From positions 118,968 through 152,831 of the forward strand of contig JAKMXF010000301.1 of assembly GCA_024704765.1 (NCBI GenBank): 33,864 nucleotides of DNA, written 5' to 3'. The notes under the pieces are model-generated. The model did not search any database and had not been told where the DNA came from. It was given only the letters and a program-made list of their open reading frames with translations. Shown here one piece after another: positions 1 through 10,338 of this stretch; positions within the stretch are counted from its first letter, which is position 1, and each line of letters starts with the position of its first letter. A program made the position numbers and the translations under genes. This DNA is from Oopsacas minuta (Eukaryota > Animalia > Porifera).

Positions 1-1
1 T

Positions 2-1069
2 TTATTCAAAGTAATCCCCGCCTGCAGATAGACAAAGTTTTACCCTTTCCACCCACTTGTAAAACACATTTCTGTGCACTTCTTCGGGGATGGATTTGAA
101 GTACTGGTACAGGCCCGTTCCAAGTGCTTGTAATGTGTCAAAATCTTTGCTTTGAAGGTAGATTTTAAGCTAGGGGAATAGGTAAAAGTCACACGGATCT
201 AGGTTTCGTGAGTATGGTAGATGGAGAAGTAATTCTAACCCTTCTACATCCCAGAAACTTTTGGTAAGCTTAGCGGTATGGAAACTGGCGTTATCAATCA
301 AAATCTTCATTCCTCGAGTTCCGGTTTTCGGGCGGTACTTTTCTATATTTTTTATCAAATTTGGAAGCACTTGCTCTGTAAAGAAAATAGCAGTAACAGC
401 CTTGCCACTCCCACAAGGTAATTGCAAGACAATTCCATGGCTACTGAAGAAGAAAGTATACATAATCTTAGGTTTTCTGAAGTTGGGTCTAGGAATTTTC
501 GTCGGTTGTTCGTCGCCCCACACCCATGATCGCTTCTTATACTTGCTATATGGTATTGAATAGTACACCCATGTCTCGTCACCAGTAATAATCTCTGTTA
601 GGCGTCTAGAATCGCAGTTCTCATAAGTTTCCAAGAGTTTCTTGGTAATATTCAGTCGTGCCAACCTTTGATTCTCACTGAGCTTATGCGGGACCCATTT
701 CCCACAAATCGATCGGTAGCCAAGCTCAGTAGTCAGAATTGTATGAATAACTCCCGATGAAATCTCCATACTTTGTTCTAACTGATTGACAGTAATGCAC
801 TTGTCTTCCATGACCATACTTTCAATGAGTGCGATATTCTCTGAAGTGGTGGTGGATATCGGTCTTCCAGATCGAGGCAAATCTGTGACATCAGCATCAC
901 CAAATCTAAAACGGGCAGCCCATCGCTGTACAGTAGATCTGGAAGGACAATCCACGCACAATATCTCCTGTAACTCGCTGAATATCTGTACGGGCTGGAT
1001 CTTGAGTATTGTGCGAAACTCTATGTAAGCTCGCCATTTGAAGTTGAAATTATCATCCGTTGAAGCCAT
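2..1069 (-). pseudogene. mariner (DD34D) transposase with one premature stop
   Basis: ORF 1069->170 has an HTH region (RSGRP), WVPHKL, ITGDETW, DNASFH and PYSRNLDPCD (degenerate YSPDLAPxD), with exactly 34 residues between the 2nd and 3rd Asp. Reading through the TAG at 170-172 gives LKIYLQSKDF...KWVERVKLCLSAGGDYFE-stop at 2-4, a typical mariner C-terminus. Confidence 0.95.
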
Positions 1070-1165
1070 AAATTCAACAGTGGTATAAATTGACTACACG
1101 TAACTATCTCAAAAATTCATAATTTGTATTGAATAAACTTTCAGTATATGGAGTTTAACTATATN

Positions 1166-1264
1166 AAGGAAAGTGTCTCAGTCGGTTCTACAGTCTTTTC
1201 GACACGATTTTAGAATTTTTAGAGGAAGAGAATCCGCAGTTAATGCAGCTTGTCAGTGCAGCGA
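1166..1264 (+). other. 99-bp fragment of a Buster-type hAT transposase, probably chimeric read sequence
   Basis: Translates as (K)GKCLSRFYSLFDTILEFLEEENPQLMQLVSAA, resembling the segment after RWLS in Buster/ZBED8-like transposases. It is bounded exactly by the N and the adapter. Confidence 0.6.
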
Positions 1265-1283
1265 CTGTCTCTTATACACATCT
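1265..1283 (+). other. Nextera/Tn5 mosaic-end adapter (sequencing artefact)
   Basis: Exact 19/19 match to CTGTCTCTTATACACATCT, 100 bp after an N (1165), with flanking sequence duplicated at 1122-1164 and 1284-1333. Confidence 0.95.
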
Positions 1284-1489
1284 ATTTGTATTGAATAAGC
1301 TTGAAACTTTCAGTATATGGAGTTTAACTATATGGGCTTATAATATATGAAAGTTAGATGTATTACTTTACTAATTCCTAAGATATATCATGACCGGCAA
1401 GACTTATTGAACGCCCTGAGATAATTTGGCTTTCATTCTCACTATATCAGAGCTCAAAATATAACAGTACATCAATTCTGATTTTATTG

Positions 1490-3422
1490 AGAGAGCTAGA
1501 TACTACGGAATAAGTTTCCAAACAAGCAACTACCTGACCTTTTACAGCCTGTTATTTCTGAATTCAACGTCTTGTTCGATGTCTCAAGTTGCAAATACCT
1601 TATTCAGGAAGGTAAATGTTTGTGCTCTCTCGATAAAAAGATACCACGTCCTGAGTAGCCATTTCTCTTTGATCAGCGAAACACTCAAAAGTTATTTATA
1701 TCCAGCTTAGATTGCATGAGAACCTCTAAAAATATTGTTAAACAAAAAAGAAAAGAGGCACAATATGAAAGAGAAGAAAGAAAACGAAGAGATCACATGC
1801 TGTCCAACCTTTGCAAGAATTTATAGAATGTGACTTTGAAGAGTTTGAATTTTTGACTCTAGTATATCTAATATTCACAAGAATACAAGTAATCATATTC
1901 AATTACGAAATTCAGCCATAATGTGTGATAGATATCAAATTAGCGATCGGGCAGGCGCAGCTATAGCTAACACAGTACTGCAGGATTATGGTATTATCAC
2001 ACCGGAAGAAGATAATCAAATTATTGATAGAAACAAACTCCGTAGATCCAGATTCTCTGTGAGAAAGGAATTGGCTAATGAGGCTCACGAAACTATCAAT
2101 GATATATCTGCAATATATTTTGATGGCCGTAAAGATCAAACTCGAGTACTGGTAGAAAGAGAGATGGACATTTGCATCGGGATACTGCAAATGAAGAACA
2201 TTATACTGTCTTATCTGAATAGGAGGGGAATCAGTATGTTGCCCATATAACACCAAGTTCTGGTAAAGCCAAAGATTTAGCAAGGGAATTGACTGATTTT
2301 TGCAGGGAGCGTAATTCAAATTTAATGGCGGTTGGAGCTGATGGAGCTCGAGTTAACACTGGAATCTACAATGGGTGTATTAGATTACTTGAACTAGAGT
2401 TCACAAAACCACTCCACTGCCTTATTAGCCAATTACATGGTAATGAACTTCAATTGAGGCATCTCTTTCAAATAATAGATAGAAAAACCAGTGGGCCCAA
2501 TTCTTTTAAAGGAATAATTGGTAAAGAACTTAATTGTGATTTTACTTGCAAACCAATTGCAGCGTATCATCCTTTATGCGGTAAAACTCAACTTATTGAT
2601 TGCGATATTCTTAAGAATTTAAATAAAGATCAGGAATATCTATATATTATCTGTCATGCAGTTCAGACTGGAATTTGTTCATCTGAACTGGTATCGATGC
2701 AACCTGGTCCTATACATCATGCTAGATGGACAACACTGGCCAACAGATTACTTAGGTCGTACATTTCTACGATACATCCACACCTGAATTATCCCGACTT
2801 GTCAATTTTATTGTCAATTATTATGCACCAGTTTGGTTTAGAATCAAAAGTAACCCGATTTGCACAGATAGACTTAAAAATATGTTTTTTGCGATATCTT
2901 TGCTGCGAGATCTATCGGAGTCTGACCAAGAAGTAATTTGTGATGTGATACAGAGAAAGTCATATTTTTGCCATCCAGAAAATCTCCTGTTATCGATGCT
3001 TGCAGATGGTGATGAAGAAATTAGACAAAAGGTAGTGAAGACTATTTTAGATATCCGAATTGCCAGTTAATCATTTAGACCAATTGAAACTCGTCCATTT
3101 AATCTTCCTTCAATAAGGTTCACTGCCGAAATATATGTGGATATGATTGATCGGGAAACCTCTTTTATAACAGAACCGCCTTTTACAAGATACCTCTCAA
3201 AATGTACTAATAAATTGTGTACGTGCTCCACAAGAAATTCCAGCATATCCATGCCATACACAAGCTGTTGAAAGAATTATTCAATTAGTCACCAAAAGTT
3301 CGTGTTCAGTAACAGGAGAAGATGCGAGACATTGATTAATTCTTTCAACCCTAACATCAAAAGAAAAAATGCCCTCATTTGAGTCAAAAAAAGATTATGC
3401 ATGTTTAATATACTTGATATAA
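1490..3422 (+). pseudogene. degenerate hAT-superfamily transposase (hATm-like), multiple frameshifts and stops
   Basis: Ordered motifs across frames: LFDVSSCK..CLC..KIP..FLFDQR; CDRYQISDRAGAAIAN; YFDGRKDQT (D1); GADGARVNTG (D2); QLHGNELQLRHLF; HARWTTLANRLLR (RW); YFCHPENLLLSML; TEPPFT; PCHTQAVERII (E); MPSFESKKDY. Subfamily name is from memory of this motif order. Confidence 0.8.
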
Positions 3423-3779
3423 CATAATTGAATCATATACCACGATAGATAAAAAAGCTAGTAATTTTCAAATAATCGGAACAAGGGGGTGGGTAATAGT
3501 ATTAGGGTATGATAGAATATGCAAAAAATTCTTAATGACTTGAGTATCCTTGGACAAAGAAATTCGATTAATGCACCATTCAATAGCAAATATGCGGCTT
3601 ACTATTACGAAAGAATATATATACAGGGGCTAAGCCAAAAGAATTTGAAAATTCGACATTAAAAAATCAATTTTTCGAAAGTGACACAGCAAAAATATAA
3701 AGCCGCAAGGGTCAAATCGAAATATCCTTCAAATATATGTCTCGCATTTCCTAGAAATGATAAAGGCAACTTTTCCATA

Positions 3780-4220
3780 AGGTAGAAGTTGAACCGACGA
3801 TGTAAACTTTTCTCGACTCGGCATATTGAATAATATTTCAATATTTCTGACATTTGAATTTGACTGACAAGTAGTTGTAAAGTTTTCTCACACAATTCCA
3901 ACGTGAAGAAATATGAAATTGACTATCAAAACTATCGATAGTTCAGTATTTCAATTTCAATGTTTCGAAATTGCACCTAAAGGGAAATGCGATTTATTGT
4001 ATAGTATTTCAGTGAATATTTCTGACATATCAATATGACTGACAAATATATGCAAGGTTTTGTGACTCAATTCCTACTTGGAGAAATTTGTAGTTGACTA
4101 TCAAACTTTGTAAAACTCAGAATTTCAATGAAAATGTTTTGAAATTGCATCTAGAGTGAAATGCTGGAAATTGTATAGTATTGCAGTGAATATGTCAGAC
4201 ATTAGAATATGACTGACAAG
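3780..4220. repeat. degenerate ~175-bp tandem repeat (~2.5 copies); related partial copy at ~5435-5520
   Basis: GACTGACAA recurs at 3862, 4037 and 4211 (spacing 175 and 174) with homologous flanks. GTTGAACCGA..TGTAAA..ACAATTC..GAAGAAATA is shared with 5435-5500. Confidence 0.75.
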
Positions 4221-4221
4221 T

Positions 4222-4315
4222 CAATGAAACCTCTGGAATCGGGAACCTCTGAAATCAGGGCACTTGAATTTCGCTAAAATATTTTCCCATACAAATGAAC
4301 CTCTGAAATCGGGAA
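4222..4315 (+). mobile_element. probable pogo/Tigger-like terminal fragment
   Basis: CAATGAAACCTCTGGAATCGGGAACCTCTGAAATC with a repeated AACCTCTGAAATCGGGAA motif resembles CAGTGAAACCTC-type TIRs. No partner end found. Confidence 0.45.
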
Positions 4316-4727
4316 ATAGCGACAATGGGAAATCGCGGCAAACCCTGATTATCTTATTCTTTCAGCTTGCATAGAACTAATGCTAAATCCCCTACGCAAT
4401 CGGGCATTAATAGTGAAATCAACTCAATAAATTATTATTTTCTCAATTACTATCGAATAAATCACAATATCAATGCTACGTAAGTAAACAAAAAATCAAT
4501 TCAATCCGCCTCTGAGGGTAAATATGTGCTAGACAGAACCTACAAAAACATTGCGAGCGCGAGCTTGCAATTCCTTCGCGACTGCCACCTTATCCAGAAA
4601 GAGAGATCGTTCCTAGCCTTCTTCATGCGCAAAATGTAGCATAGAAATTAATATTATATTATGCGAGGAACAGTATAAGCTCTAAAAAGTGGATAGCTTT
4701 GGAACCAGCAAAATTTTCGCTTTAGAT

Positions 4728-5217
4728 TAAGGTGACCATTGTACAGGATTTCTCCTAGACTGTACAGGATTTTCGAGATTTTTTCTAAGATGTCCAGGAT
4801 TTTGATTTGTACAGGATTTGTCCAGGATTTTCGTTTCTTGTCTTGGACGAATATTTTGGGAAATATTGGAGAAATTTCCTAGAAATATGTCAATATTATA
4901 CTCATGGTACATAGGAAATCTGTTGCGGGGGGAGTCGCCCCGTAGTATTACCCTAGGTAATATTCATCCATTTTGAATTATCTTTTTAAGCTTTGCTTAC
5001 CCTGGTTGTATTAAACAATTATGTATCTATTTTGATTTATCTTTTTAAGCTTTCCTTACCCTAGTTATATTAAACCATTATGCATCTATTTTGAATCATC
5101 TTTTTATGTTTTCTTCCAACGATTCAGCTATTTATAGAGTGTCCAGGAATGTCCGGGAGTTTTTAAGAAAAAAATTGAAATGTACAGGATTTTGATGACA
5201 ATCATTTGGTCACAATG
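4728..5217. mobile_element. hAT Blackjack-type MITE
   Basis: TIRs TAAGGTGACCA / TGGTCACAATG (consensus TAGGGTGACCA), many subterminal TGT(A/C)CAGGA repeats, and an 8-bp TSD CTTTAGAT (4720-4727) / CTTTGGAT (5218-5225), 7/8 match. Confidence 0.85.
4966..5113. repeat. 59-bp tandem repeat, ~2.5 copies, inside the Blackjack MITE
   Basis: Units start at 4966, 5025 and 5084 (ATC(C/T)ATTTTGA(A/T)T(T/C)ATCTTTTTA...). Confidence 0.85.
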
Positions 5218-5529
5218 CTTTGGATAAATGTTCAGAATTAGTAATAAGGAGCAGAATTACATATTCAAACGTCACAGTGTGACAAGCAATACGAAACAAT
5301 AATAGGACATAAAATTATCTACAAAAAAGGATGATGGTGATTATGACAAATGCAAAACGGAAATCCATGATCAGGGAATTTCCACAATTGGAGCGTTAGA
5401 AATTTTCCAAGTATCCCGCAGGCCCCAACTTCAGAGGTTGAACCGAGGTTGTAAAGTTTCGCAAACAATTCAAAAGAGAAGAAATAGAAATGGAATATCA
5501 GATCCATAAGTTGTTCAGCAATAGAGTTA

Positions 5530-6745
5530 TACAAAGTATTGTCACTAAATTTCAAAAGCAAATACATAAATTTAACAAGTTATACTATACAAAGTATTGT
5601 CACTCAATTTCAATTGTCAGCACATATAATTCACTAGGTATACTCTACCAAGAATTGTCACTCAATTTCAATCGTCAGCACATATATTTCAATAGGTATA
5701 CTATACCAAGTGTGGCACTCAATTTCAATTGTCAACACATTGATTAGACAAGATATACATTACAAAGGATTATCACCTAATTTCAATTGTCAGCACAATT
5801 AATTCACTAGGTATACTATACCAAGTATTGTCGCTCAATTTCAATTGTCAGCACATATATTTCAATAGGTATACATTACAAAGTATTGTCACTCAATTAC
5901 AATTGTCAGCACATATATTTCACTAGCTACACTATACAAAGTATTATCACTCCATCTCAATTGTCAGCACATATAATTCACTAGGTATACTCTACCAAGT
6001 GTGGACCTCAATTTCAATTGCCAACACATTGATTGGATAAGATGTACATTACAAAGTATCATCACTCAATTTCAATTGTCAGCACAATTAATTCACTAGG
6101 TATACTATACCAAGTATTGTCACTCAATTTCAATTGTCAACATAATTATTTCACAAGTTATACTTTACAAAGTATTGTCACTCAATTTCAATTGTCACCA
6201 CATATGTTTCACTAGGTATACTTTACAAAGTATTGTCACTCAATTTCAATTATCACCACATATATTTCACTAGGTACACTTTACAAAGTATTGTCACTCA
6301 ATTTCAATTGTCACCACATATGTTTCACAAGTTATACTTTACAAAGTATTGTCACTCAATTTCCATTGTCAACAAACTTATTTCACAAGTTGTACATTAC
6401 AAAGTATTGTCACTCACTTTCAATTGTCAGCACATATAATTCACTAGGTATACTATACAAAGTGTTGTCACCCATTTTCAATTGTCAGCACATATATTTC
6501 ACTAGTTATAGTTTACAAAGTATTGTCACTCAATTTCAATTGTCAACATAATTATTTTACAAGGTATACTTTACAAAGTATTGTCACTCAATTTCAATTG
6601 TCAACATAATTATCTCACAAGTTATACTTTGCAAAGTATTGTCACTCACTTTCAATTCTCAGCACATATATATCACTAGGATAGTTTACTAAGTATTGTC
6701 ACTCAATTTCCATTGTCAACATAATTATTTCACAAGGTATACTAC
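5530..6745. repeat. 58-bp minisatellite, ~21 copies
   Basis: Consensus approximately ACAAAGTATTGTCACTCAATTTCAATTGTCAGCACATATATTTCACTAGGTATACTAT. The whole unit is homologous between copies. Confidence 0.95.
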
Positions 6746-7031
6746 AGTGGCACACCCCCTGGAAATTGGCCAAAATTTCAATCCGATATTTAGTAACCAT
6801 TTAAAGTTCATTGGAAAGAGAAATATCCAATTACTTGAAATGTCCAAAATTGTTATTATCCATCATTTAGTTTAGGAACAACTGGAATGTATATAAGCAT
6901 TACAATTTCTTGCTCAGAAATTATTCTTGAAAACCACAGATATTCATTTATATCAATGAACTTAAATTCCAGTATCTAAGCAACTAATACATTCCAAAGA
7001 CTTCATTCCATTGCATTTTCGACTACTCTCN

Positions 7032-7477
7032 TTGATGGACTTGCAAAGTGATTGCGAGGAAAAGGCTCATTTTACAATGATGGGGTATGAAAGATTTTGG
7101 ATTGCAATCGCAGGACGAAATAAATTTCCCAATTTGTGGAAAGTAGCAAAACTGCTAGTTCTGGCGTTTCCGACATCATATCTCGTTGAGAGAGGTTTTA
7201 GTCCAGTCGTTCAATTACTAACGAAGCAAAGAAACAGACTCGATGTTTCTCAATGCGGAGATTTGAGATTGCTGCTCACTGATATGAAACCAGATATAAA
7301 TGGGATTATCGACGAACATCACGCTCAAGTACACCCTTCTCATTAAGTGATAAATATTACTTATTATCATTAACAAATACGAGTGTAGTAAAAAGATTTA
7401 GACTTTCTGGAGGGGGGCGGTATCAAGGGAATATTGTTGACAAGGGGCGCTGTCCGAAAAAAGTTTGAGAAACACTG
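7032..7477 (+). mobile_element. 3' end of a Buster/Charlie hAT element (C-terminal dimerisation domain plus right TIR)
   Basis: After the N at 7031 it reads ...FPNLWKVAKLLVLAFPTSYLVERGFSPVVQLLTKQRNRLDVSQCGDLRLLLTDMKPDI..HPSH-stop (7346). It ends in AAAAGTTTGAGAAACACTG (7477), followed by CTCTAGTG, which fits the Charlie/Buster NTCTAGAN target preference. Confidence 0.9.
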
Positions 7478-7734
7478 CTCTAGTGGAAGTCCGACATCTC
7501 ACTACACGACATTTCGCTACTTATTTGATTGGTCAATTTTAATTATTATTTTAAATCAAATTTTAAAGTAGTTTAACGGATTGAAAAATGAATAAAGTAT
7601 TCGATTTCAATATAAAATTGTAAGTCGATTGCTAAATTGTTCTTGAAATAAGGATTCGATAATAATTTAGGAATTTCAATGTATCAACTGTGAATTTATA
7701 AGATCAAACTTGTTTAGTTTCCCTGATAGGTAAC

Positions 7735-7866
7735 ATGTTCTGACCAAGATAGATGAAAGTTATTTTCGGATTCGTTTTATGCTTCATCATGAGCAGTATA
7801 TTACTGCTCATGATGAAACATATTTACGAATCCGAAAATAACTTTCATCTATCTTAGTCAGAGCAT
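7735..7866. repeat. near-perfect 132-bp palindrome with a 3-nt centre
   Basis: 7735-7798 is the reverse complement of 7802-7866 apart from a few mismatches around 7775-7783. The centre is TAT (7799-7801). Confidence 0.9.
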
Positions 7867-8207
7867 TTTCCTGAATTTCAAAAGTACAAACGACAGCAAT
7901 ATTTTCTTGTAATTCAAGGTCGCTTCGCTTACCATGAACTAGTAGAGCAACCAATTGATAGAGGTAAGCGTGAAAACGCCTTTGGTGTTCACAGTACTTC
8001 TATGGACCGTCATAACTCCAGCACCAACCTTCCGGATATATTTATCTTGTATACATGACATACCGTTTACGAAACACACCTAATTTTTGGGTGATACATA
8101 TATCATGAAAAATTTGATCCTGCTCGACCGTTCAAGACGCGATTAATCAGTTCAAGTGTATAAAGCTAGCAAATTACCCGTCGATTTCGACGGAATGTCA
8201 TGAGCAG
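7804..8207. mobile_element. candidate TA-flanked MITE with short TIRs CTGCTCATGA
   Basis: TACTGCTCATGA (7802-7813) and TCATGAGCAGTA (8198-8209) form a 12-bp inverted pair including the TA. Confidence 0.45.
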
Positions 8208-9140
8208 TACCTTAGTTAGTTAGCAGTAGGAACAGCCGAAATAACGCATCAGAAACTGCGCAGAATTCCTAATTGGATGTACATAGCCCAATAGTAACTT
8301 AATATAATGTCAGAATATGAATTGGTACGGTCACTGACACTCTGACGAACACTTGGGATTTTGTATAGGACTATTCATGGTATAACGATATGCTACTCTT
8401 TCATTGGCCTATATTAGTGCTCCATGAGATTATCCACGACTCTGTTTATCGTCTATATGTTACAGCTTACAGAGATAAATATACAGAGCAGCTCAGTGTA
8501 GCATTTGGATGTATGTTTAAAACAAGTCGAATCGAGTCATACTGAATTCATTGAATACTAGCGCGCTTCACTGGCTCCCGCTATGCGGTTACGGACACTT
8601 CGGTCCATAATCGGGCCTACGGCATTCGAGTACATGAACTTATAATCTTAACCGTAGCAAACATGATACTGCTTTTTAAATCTGCTCACTTTATGTCCCC
8701 CAAAGTGAACGATATTTATAAAATGTTGTTCAGATTATCATATTCGAATCAGCATATTCGATTACCAGTACAATGTTGTTTTGTTGTCGTTATTTAGTGT
8801 AACAATTGGTTCAGGATTTTATGAACTGAACCTATATGTTTTCCATATAGGAGCGAGACAGACATACACAACTGAGATTTAATAATATAGATTAGGCGGT
8901 GGCTAAAATTGACTGGTAATTTACTTAGCCCTGCATTGCGGATTGCGATCTTCTATAGTTCAATCTATACAAACTGTACATTACATGTCGTTAGAAAATT
9001 AAATAATACCTACTAGTAGATAAACATAGATTAAACATAATATAAACAAATAGATTGAGTTGTTGGAGGATTTGTCAGGCAGTTACCACATCTTGACAAC
9101 TGTCCTTAGTCCTTGGTAGTTGCATAGGAGAGGAGAAGGA

Positions 9141-10290
9141 GGAGGATTGGTGATGTGGTGCATTGGCAGTGCGAGGAGAGGGAACTTGTATAAGGCAAGA
9201 ATACACACCAATGGTACAAAGATAGTGAAGCGCAGAAGTGAAAATATGCATGCGCCTGACGAGCAGGTGGTGAGCTGCTGCGAGACGAAGGTGGGTATCG
9301 AGAGGAAAGCGCGGGAGTCCCAGGATAGCGCACATCACATAGTGGGCGAGAGTTTACAGACAGCATCAGACGGTACTGCTGCTAAACTACCAAAGCTGGA
9401 CAGCCTGAAGCGGACAATACAACGCCAACGTGCTAGCGTACTTGCAGCGCCAGTACAGCCTACCACTCTAGCAGGACTAGCTCTACCAGCAGTCTACCAG
9501 CAGACAGCCAAGGGAGAACAGTTCTTACTCTACGACTCTGGTGCGGACGATGTACACAGATTCCTCATCTTCGGGACACAACACAACCTCGGGATGCTGC
9601 AGCGAAGCAAGATCTGGCTAGCTGATGGCACCTTCAAGATGGCACCTCCCCTCTTCGCCCAGGTGCATGTGGTGCATGGACTCCGTGGAGGAAATGATCC
9701 TATGAAGACCGGTCATCTGTTACCGATCCTGTTCGTGCTACTGCCCAACAAGACGGAGGCTGCCTACCTGAAGATGTTGGAACAGATCCGCCTACTCTGT
9801 CCACAGGCCCAGCCTCAACAGATGCTCCTGGACTTTGAGAAGGGCGCGATTACCAGCTTTGAGCATGTCTGGCCTAATACAGTAGTGAAGTGCTGCAGTC
9901 TGCCTACACACATGACGAAGAGTCGGCTATGCGCATCGGAAGATACCAGCCCTTGCTTTTGCCCGACCAGCAGGCGTACCCGATCTGTTTGATCAAGTGG
10001 CAATGGACCTCCCCCATACGCCTCAGATAGGCGAACTAGTCGACTACTTTGAGAGGACTTATATCGGCCGCACACTTGCCAGTGGATACCATGTAGCGGC
10101 GACGTACCCTATTCACCTGTGGAACAACCACATCGGCACGCCCTTAGGACTCCCCCGTACAACCAACGCTGTAGATGCATGGCACCGGAGCTACAATGCC
10201 ACTGTCGGCTGCCATCACCCCACCATATGGAAGTTCATCCTCTCCCTCAAGCGTGAGTAGGGGCTTAGTGGAGGTGCGGCATGCTAACTA
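9141..10290 (+). pseudogene. MULE (Mutator-like) transposase with FLYWCH-type N-terminal remnant; frameshifted, small internal deletion
   Basis: VHWQC..KARIHT (FLYWCH-like), FLLYDSG, WLADGTFK (D1), LLDFEKGAI (D2), YFERTYIG, PRTTNAVDAWH, HPTIWKFI, EQGLVEVRH (frameshifted). The FFHL..Q motif is missing between VVKCC and LQSAY. Visibly GC-richer than the flanks. Confidence 0.92.
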
Positions 10291-10338
10291 CCTTGTGTTA
10301 ATCTAAAGTATTATCTAGCCCTCAAATAGATTGATTAG

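Larger units (their letters stand above)
1..1420 (-). mobile_element. mariner element; 5' TIR near 1391-1420, other end outside the window
   Basis: The minus strand reads CTCAGGGCGTTCAATAAGTCTTGCCGGTCA about 320 bp upstream of the ATG, resembling mariner TIRs. The partner TIR cannot be seen. Confidence 0.7.

Noticed and set aside
261-1028. ORFs 261-563, 355-582 and 786-1028 as genes
   Set aside because: They are antisense or alternate-frame shadows of the mariner transposase. The same applies to 1912-2319, 9075-9366, 9815-10075, 16842-17162 and 20362-20577 over other coding sequences.
1265-1283. Genuine Tn5/IS50 end or bacterial horizontal transfer
   Set aside because: The mosaic end is an engineered hybrid sequence. 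It sits next to an N and a flank duplication, with no bacterial sequence nearby.
5490-6551. ORFs 5490-5747, 6033-6215, 6233-6439 and 6291-6551 as repeat proteins
   Set aside because: They are translations of a 58-bp unit, not a multiple of 3, so the same peptide appears in shifting frames.
5530-6745. CRISPR-like array (conserved ~31-bp core with a more variable ~27-bp segment)
   Set aside because: The variable segments are homologous to each other rather than unique spacers, there are no cas genes, and the context is eukaryotic.
9061-9140. Possible inverted C-terminal piece of the GC-rich MULE (NPPPSPLLCNYQGLRTVV on the minus strand)
   Set aside because: The position is suggestive, but there is no intact reference copy in the window to align it to.
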